A stretch of DNA of 64,000 nucleotides, from assembly GCA_002633005.1 (NCBI GenBank), contig NMRA01000005.1, positions 421,006 through 485,005 of the forward strand. The letters are read 5' to 3'. Source of the DNA: Phoronis australis (Eukaryota > Animalia > Phoronida). Under the pieces are notes generated by a model. The model did not search any database, was not told the DNA's origin, and saw nothing but the letters and a program-made list of their open reading frames with translations. Within the stretch, counting starts at the first letter, position 1; each line of letters opens with the position of its first letter. Positions 58,501 to 64,000 of this stretch are shown here, in pieces. Both the position numbers and the translations under genes were made by a program.

Positions 58501-61500
58501 GATTAACGACTGTCAGAAGTCGGGTTAAATAAAAGTTTCAGCACCTACCGGAGGTCACATAACAATTGCCAGCGCAGCATAAGTTAAGAACAAGCAGTAG
58601 AGAAGAGACATATAATCAAGACTGGATGGATAAGAAGATATGCAGAAGACATAAAAGAGATACATGTAGCTAACGAAGAGGATACAGTGTAACCTAGTGG
58701 GATAAGTATCGGTGCATTTACTCAAGGTCGTCGTGGGTTCGAATCCCATTGGTGATCATTGCCACACCCTTCAGACATGTTTCCGGCTCCTCAGCTTTTT
58801 TATCTATACATTGATAAAGCATAAAATGGTCCCAGTTGATCAGTGCAATGCGTTCACCCAAGCAGCCTGCGCATGTCTTGTACAGCGTGTACCAGACAGC
58901 CTGTAATTATATATTTGTGAAATGGTCATCGTTGAACTTCAAAAATTCGTTGGCACACTTTTTGGCAACCATTTGTTTTACTTATCTGCAGTTATAATAA
59001 CAAGGAAGAATAGGTACAAGAGTTCTTATTGACATTATTTGTTGGCAATTGAGGATGGTGGTTAGAAGCATTAGCCCCAAACCTTTCCTCGTGTTACTTT
59101 GCCGTCGCAGCAATAAAATAAAAAATCGACTCTATTGTGGAGCTCGAAAAACCATTTGTCTCAACCCTGAAGGTGGAAGGTTTCCAGAAATTGCAGTCTT
59201 TTAAACAAATACTGACTGTCGAAAGTTACTGACCGTCTGAGGTATCGTAAGCAGTTTTTCACATAAAATGAACTTCGAGGTCTTTGTCTGAGTAGCTCTG
59301 TGAGGAGCTCACGTGATGTACAGTACATATCAGAAGTACATGAGACAATTGAACTGATTTGTATATTAAATGTGTAGAGGAAAAATCAGCATAAATGTCG
59401 CTGTGGCGTATATTAACACGCCAGAGCTAACAATGTCTTAATCTTTTAAATAAATTTTGTATAGTTTAAATTCAGATAATCGTATTTTATTTAACTGATG
59501 ACAGTTATGTATCCCCAGAGTCTTACAGTATTTGTTGTAAGGAGAGGAATCTGAGGAAGAAGAGTGGCGTCACTGATCGGGTCAACCACTTTAAATAAGA
59601 AAAAACTATTGGCGACCATTATGAAATAACGACTATTCGGAGTTCCAATTCTAAAACGAAAAATTAACATTTTACCCACTATCCACTTGCATCAGGTTTA
59701 ACCAATATATAACGTCAACAATTTCCATGGTTGCTAACATACAGTGGAGCTCTCAGGAGCTAGCCCAAAACTGCAGATTAAATTTAACCCCAAACTGGCG
59801 GATTGGATTCAGAGCTGCACAAGTGGCTCGCCTAAAACGTCCCTTAAGAACACATGAGCGTGAAGTTCACTGTATTACACATAGGCGGATTTAGGGGGGA
59901 GGGCCCAGGGGGCCCGCCCCCCCCCCCTTGGCTTCCGCAAAAAATATAACAGCAAGAGCGTAGGGAAATGTTGAGTTTATTAATTAACCCCGATAATTAA
60001 AATTATAACGGATGAAAAAGGATTTAAATGTATGCAGTTTTAGGGTTGGGGGAGGGGGACTCAGATCCAGTTTCAAGTGCCAAATTCGGAACGCGGCTTA
60101 TTCGTAACGGAATTATGGCTAAGTATTGGCTCTCCCGCGATATCCCAGGCGACCGCATTACGACTCCGTTTCCGTCGTCTGCTCCACTGTGCAATGAAGA
60201 AAATTTACTTCATTTTTTAAAGAAAATGGAACCTGAGTGACGATGAAAAAACAGAAGCTGCTGGTAAGATGTGAATTTTAATCGAAGTGTTAGTGAATCA
60301 CTCAGAAACTCATAATTCTCTCTTTGTCAAACTGACTTAAGACGATTTCCTAAGCAACCCGTCATTATTGCCAACACGAAAAACGGATTTGGTCTTTTGG
60401 GCATTTGAAGACTATTTTAAATACAACAAAGTTGTTAAGAACCGACTGCACAAAATATAAAACGTGTAATAAGCATTACAAAAAGAAGTAGGTTTCGCAC
60501 GCAAACGCTATGGACCATAAACAAGTAGGTCTCCTAGTACGAGATTAACAGATAAGTCGTGGTGGTGTAGTGGTAACGCACGCGCGCGCTAACCGCCACG
60601 TCGTGAGATCGAGTCTCCGATACATGCAGTTTTTCTTGTTTGATGCGTTCTCCGTGTTTTTCTCTTGGATAATACTTCAGGAATCAAGGAAAATGCTTGA
60701 TTTTTGGAGGGAAAAACAGAAAAATTTCCTTGGCGTGAGGGGGCAAACCCCCCTCCCGACCTCCCCCCATTCGGTGCTATGCGCACCTACAATCGTGGTT
60801 TGCGCAAATGCTTACAGCCGGACAAAATGATGGGCTCCCCCTTGTGATATCCTACATCCGCCACTGTTACATCTGTTCTGAAGAGGCGACTAAATGATAT
60901 GTCAAATCTCAGCTTCGTAACTTTAAAAGTGTTGCAAAACCGCTTTGAAACAATTACACACGCGCGCGCGCGCACACACGCACGCACGCACATATACGCA
61001 CACACAGTACTATTGAAGCAGTGTGGTGTAATTGTCTGCTTTATACGGAGGTTGAGTGAACAAATCGGCGGTTTTGAGACGCTCTTGACTGTTTGTAGTC
61101 ATTGCGGGGATCACACAACTCCTATACAATTTTACAACACGTACTAGAAATTGTTGATCCATCTTGCTTCCAGTCGCTTATCGCATCTTTCCACTTTGAC
61201 TGTTTGGTTACTATTCTTAACGAGTAGCTGGTTCCTGGGGTCAGTCCATCGCACACAGCTTCGTTTTGATCAGGCATCACTTGGATACTCTTTTTCATGG
61301 CACTGCGCTCAGCTGAGACGCACTCAAGGATATATGCCTCCTTTCTTCCCCATGCGTGGCGCCACCTCGCAGTTAGCGAAGATGCAGAGGATGCCAAAAT
61401 CTTCAAATGTGTTGCGTTCGTCAACGCTGTGTCAAGATAGCAAGCCAACAATCATGCAACAATACATTATCGGGATACCATTTCTAAAGATAAATTTAAG

Positions 61501-63138
61501 AAACGAAGGAAGTTTATTGAAGGCTACTGACTGAAATGTACACTGGCTGGAAAGACAATTGATTCCTACCTGTCTGGCCTTCCGTATTCGATTCCACATT
61601 TGTCCATCTCCCTCTTTCAGTAGTTACAATAACCGTGTAAGTGGAACCAGCCTTTAAACCTACACACTTCGATTTGTTCGAATCTGCACTTAGAAAAGTC
61701 TCAAAATATAGGCCGTCGTCATTGGAGTGACAAGAAAATCTGTAACGATCTTTGTTGCCAATAGAAGGCGACCACGTCACAGAAAGTGAGGAAGAGGTCT
61801 CTGTTTTCACCCTCAAACCTGTGACCGGAGTTAAATCTGAAAATGAAAATAATTGACGATGAATTTGTTAAATGCATGATGAAGCAAATATCTGTTCTTC
61901 ATATCAAGAGAGTGTCGATTAGATATAATTTTCGTTAGGAATAAATATTGGCCTACATCGCTGCGTTCAGAAACGGGCTATGATCGTACCAACACCAATA
62001 GTAACGTGAGTTCACTTACCAGTTTTAGTAAGAAATTCTATGGTGGACCCTTGCCACCTTGTTTTTGTAGTAGTCACCCGAACAGAGTAAAGCGAGCCTG
62101 GGGTCAGTTGGTTGCACGTACAGTTGCGATCTTGTGAACTCAGAGTGGCGCTACTTTTCGTGGTCTGCTGATCATTACTGGTACAGGTGACCATGTAACC
62201 ATGGTAACTGGGACTGGCATGGTGCCAGCTCACCGCGACAGAGCGTGTCGTTTTCGCTGTTAATTGAAGTTTAGATACTGTGTCCAACACTGAAAAGCAA
62301 GCGAACGTTTCTAGCTATGTAACACGCCAAGTGTAGCTTTGGAGCTTAGTATTTTCACGAACGCACGTGAATTTTACGGTGCCTTTATTTAGGCAGTTGT
62401 AACGGAAAAACAAATTCAGTGTCCCTGAATTTTTGCACATCGAAATACTTAAAACAAACAAAAAATGCAACGATAAAATTACACTGAAGGGAGTTCAGCA
62501 CAGTTTTGATTTGGTGCTTGAGTACGGCAGACTACTGTGATTTGCCGCGACGATGAATAGTTTACCCATGTTTGCAACTTATTACTTCAACTTTCGAGAG
62601 ACAAGTTCGAATTCGAATTTGAGTTTCTAACGTGATTCTAGCGGTCATTCGAAAGACTAAGGTTGCACTGCAAATTGAAACCTTGGGTTTTGTACTTACA
62701 TGCATGTGCGTAGAATACAAGAATACTCAAACTAATTATGAATAACACCAATACTGATTCCATACTGAACAATATGGCAAAGATAAACTATGGAAAGCAT
62801 ACGATATTCCAATCTGAAGTCTGAGGTGACGTTTGAATATTGGATTTCTCTCCTCTGAGATAACTTACGCGTTGAAGACATAGCTATGGTACTTATGTTT
62901 GACCATCCGATCTTGACCGTAGTGACGGTGATTTCATACGATGACCCTGGTCGTAGTTCACGACAGATAACCGAGTTGGTATAGAACATAACTTTTTCAG
63001 TCGCCGACTTCAAGTTGCCTGGATCTTTTGGTGTACAGTCCACAACGTAAAACTGCGGAAAGCCATTTGCCTTGCGCCAGGACACAACGAGTGAAGTCGC
63101 TCGCTGGCTTATCACCACTTCCGTCACAGGTTGTAACT
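33415..63138 (-). CDS. Orphan single-pass membrane protein: (FN3)x>=12 - TSP1 - unknown module - TSP1 - TM - low-complexity cytoplasmic tail; 5' end lies beyond the right edge
   Basis: Fourteen phase 1-1 exons plus a terminal exon join in frame. FN3 signature (SL.V.W...Y...C...C..L.PG..Y.V.V), two TSP1 motifs (W..W..W..C / CDVTCGLGTRSRSRRC) and a hydrophobic LAVALIGLFLLLALACAAAVVWL followed by RWRARR are present. Confidence 0.88.
35330..38390 (+). mobile_element. Heavily decayed Ty3/Gypsy-like retrotransposon (gag, RT and integrase remnants), antisense in the last receptor intron; boundaries approximate
   Basis: Frameshifted fragments TSMSPVWEDIRLH and LENLVVLQWLQL.PASVKQR (gag-like), LMCRVL...KLHDDLY...CNLHLSPCKTII (RT) and IGRVKSINTNPAAERVIAEFEDELLR (integrase); no LTR pair recognised. 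Confidence 0.75.
39082..39273 (-). CDS. Probable receptor exon of unknown fold (GCIDLYSDPPEK...APTCAIRTAQL...LWRKRVFI)
   Basis: ttccag acceptor, gtaaat donor, 192 nt, open, phase 1-1, between the two TSP1 exons. Confidence 0.55.
39515..39691 (-). CDS. Receptor TSP1 exon (LNGGWNSWQPWTDCKC...RHRLCNKPRPRYGGLPC...RICQNQYCE)
   Basis: Classic TSP1 GGW..W..W..C...R.R.C..P.P..GG..C pattern; taag acceptor, gtaggc donor, 177 nt. Confidence 0.9.
40033..40305 (-). CDS. Receptor FN3 exon 12 (membrane-proximal, divergent)
   Basis: tcacag/gtaaga, 273 nt; SSITITWQAP...FTGLLSGIKYNVQV. Confidence 0.88.
40462..40617. mobile_element. hAT-type MITE, 14-bp TIR, 8-bp TSD
   Basis: catctgac|CAGTGCTGTAGTGG ... CCACTACAGCACTG|catctgac. 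Confidence 0.92.
41155..41415 (-). CDS. Receptor FN3 exon 11
   Basis: ctacag/gttagt, 261 nt; TLVVTWLP...KYKVTY. Confidence 0.85.
41601..43277. mobile_element. Kolobok-like non-autonomous DNA transposon (TTAA TSD) with a decayed THAP-like coding remnant
   Basis: ttaa|AGGGGCATGCCACCC ... GGGTGGCATTCGCCT|ttaa; ORF 42869..43090(-) FLLPRESKMLRKWL...HLCVCGL resembles a THAP finger. Confidence 0.75.
44117..44339. mobile_element. MITE family A copy 2, 5-bp TSD
   Basis: catgcgcgcaccca...taggtgcgcgcacg; flanks tattt/tagtt; homologous to 28905-29161. Confidence 0.75.
44826..45092 (-). CDS. Receptor FN3 exon 10
   Basis: ttgtag/gttaag, 267 nt; SIRINWSHASG...CNDLQPGTEYVVTV. Confidence 0.9.
45120..45277. 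mobile_element. MITE family B (CAG.GGCGGAT TIR), 5-bp TSD, hAT5-like
   Basis: catta|CAGGGGCGGATCCAG ... CTAAATCCGCCACTG|catta. Confidence 0.9.
47006..47287 (-). CDS. Receptor FN3 exon 9
   Basis: ttttag/gtaagt, 282 nt; SLSVVWRH...CTQLTPGVAYAVTV. Confidence 0.92.
47770..48051 (-). CDS. Receptor FN3 exon 8
   Basis: gtgaag (weak AAG) acceptor, gtacgt donor, 282 nt; SLAVSWIH...CTGLSPGTSYSVQV. Confidence 0.88.
48974..53026 (-). mobile_element. Decayed full-length Ty3/Gypsy LTR retrotransposon (gag-PR-RT-RH-IN) with very short LTRs
   Basis: LTRs 48974-49070 and 52934-53026 (TG..CA, visibly diverged). PBS tgaagccaggagtgggat (tRNA-Leu-like) follows the 5' LTR. Remnants: gag MAEVLKKPNPL...WRVFERDY, protease KIDTGAKCDVL, RT FSVFDARDAFYSI...RYMYLRMPMGI, RNase H CDASQCGIG...AQIEKELLAVV, plus integrase; many stops and frameshifts. 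Confidence 0.92.
54398..54661 (-). CDS. Receptor FN3 exon 7
   Basis: ttacag/gtaagt, 264 nt; SIRLSWLP...CTQLTPGTLYRVVI. Confidence 0.92.
56119..56250. mobile_element. MITE family B copy (opposite orientation to 45120), 5-bp TSD
   Basis: taacg|CAGTGGCGGATTTAG ... CTGGATCCGCCTCTG|taacg. Confidence 0.9.
56670..56951 (-). CDS. Receptor FN3 exon 6
   Basis: ttacag/gtaaga, 282 nt; SLRITWRHAAG...CEHLTPGSLYTVSV. Confidence 0.92.
57260..57532 (-). CDS. Receptor FN3 exon 5 (GC donor)
   Basis: gaacag acceptor, CAG|GCAAGT donor, 273 nt; SITVAWKHAPG...CNGLTPGSLYSIRV. Confidence 0.88.
58682..58760 (+). other. tRNA-derived fragment (SINE head or tRNA pseudogene)
   Basis: A-box-like taacctagtgg and T-arm gtgggttcgaatcccat; acceptor and anticodon stems do not pair well. 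Confidence 0.55.
59880..60866. mobile_element. Long family-B-related non-autonomous element (about 1 kb), 5-bp TSD
   Basis: ttaca|CATAGGCGGATTTAG ... CTACATCCGCCACTG|ttaca. Confidence 0.82.
60956..61005. repeat. Alternating purine-pyrimidine microsatellite (CA/CG)n
   Basis: acacacgcgcgcgcgcgcacacacgcacgcacgcacatatacgcacacac. Confidence 0.9.
61145..61426 (-). CDS. Receptor FN3 exon 4
   Basis: acacag/gtacgt, 282 nt; SLTARWRHAWG...CDGLTPGTSYSLRI. Confidence 0.88.
61570..61836 (-). CDS. Receptor FN3 exon 3
   Basis: tttcag/gtagga, 267 nt; SLSVTWSP...CVGLKAGSTYTVIV. Confidence 0.92.
62020..62289 (-). CDS. Receptor FN3 exon 2
   Basis: tttcag/gtaagt, 270 nt; SVAVSWHHA...CNQLTPGSLYSVRV. Confidence 0.92.
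62869..63138 (-). CDS. Receptor FN3 exon 1 (first visible in the window)
   Basis: gtgcag/gtaagt, 270 nt; SLVVSWRKANG...CRELRPGSSYEITV. Confidence 0.92.
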
Positions 63139-64000
63139 CTGCACATAAAGTGAATTTAAAAACTAATTTAAAAACTGCGACTGGTGTAAGAAACGTTCGT
63201 GTGGCAGCTGCGTAGACCCAGAATCAAAACAAATCTGTGCTTTTTGTCTTTATATTCGTTCTGTTATTTGAGTTGAAAATGACGCCAGTACTCATACTTT
63301 TTCTTACTACTATAAACTGATCCACTGATCTGGTGGCTGCCAATTGGGGAGACTGTAAATTGTTGTTTTCTACATGTTTTAAATAAAATACTCGCTACCC
63401 CCAATACTCCAGACCACTTACGCACTGCGACTTCTCAATTTGGGATCATGGGCGCATTGAGCTATTTTGTCTTACATGTAGATGGTTGGCATAACAATAA
63501 TACAGAAAATATCATCAAAACTAATGTCAGTGACCAAAAACGTTAGTGATATGGGTCTAGCATATTTTGAAAAAACACATATCGCAATTGTGAATTTATG
63601 TTTTCGGTGTTAAAGTGAAATTCATACCAACCACTATAGTCGAGTCATACACTCGAAAATGCCAACCTCCTGCAAAGTCGAATCCATAAAGGACAAAAAT
63701 GCTAACGTGATCCATAGGTCCTTAAAACTGGCCAAAACATATGAATCCTGAGGGCCAACCGAACGATTCTTAATTTGCAGCGGTAAAACGACAAATTGGA
63801 ATTTATTCAGGAAGAAACTCATCGCCTTAACTTCACCAACTTAACGTATTCCACAATCTGAACAAAATAACTCAATCCGTGTGCAGTGAGTAATCACGAT
63901 CTTGACTTGAACTGGCACATACATGTACACATGTACTGCTTTAGCTAGCTTTTGAGTTAGTCACGACAATTCATCGCATAATCCTGTAACCCTGTATCAA

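Noticed and set aside
58682-58760. Functional tRNA gene
   Set aside because: Only the T-arm and A box are intact; no convincing acceptor or anticodon stems
33415-63138. Naming the receptor a receptor tyrosine phosphatase, tenascin or usherin
   Set aside because: No PTP, fibrinogen, EGF or laminin domains are visible and the ORF ends after a low-complexity tail

Overview
Eukaryotic (metazoan, most likely a marine invertebrate) draft-assembly window with three intron-containing genes. (1) The 5' part of an APPL1/APPL2-like BAR-PH adaptor gene is on the minus strand (8 exons, 12209 down to 239, running off the left edge). (2) A complete 8-exon, 389-codon PSMD6/Rpn7 proteasome lid gene is on the plus strand (12486-26179). 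It lies head-to-head with APPL across only about 276 bp, and its exon 1 appears twice around a single-N join, probably a haplotype artefact. (3) The 3' part of a large orphan single-pass receptor gene is on the minus strand (63138 down to 33415). It has at least 12 one-exon-per-domain FN3 repeats, most with a conserved Cys pair, then TSP1, an unknown 64-aa module, a second TSP1, a TM helix and a long low-complexity cytoplasmic tail with no catalytic domain. The introns hold two decayed Ty3/Gypsy-type retrotransposons, a LINE 3' fragment, a Helentron/HINE-like element, tRNA-like fragments, minisatellites and many non-autonomous DNA transposons with readable TSDs (5-bp hAT5-like, 8-bp hAT, 9-bp, TTAA Kolobok-like, AT ISL2EU-like). 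A recurring oddity is tandem 'echo' duplication of splice sites in the two housekeeping genes. All homology calls come from recognising the sequence by eye; no searches were run.
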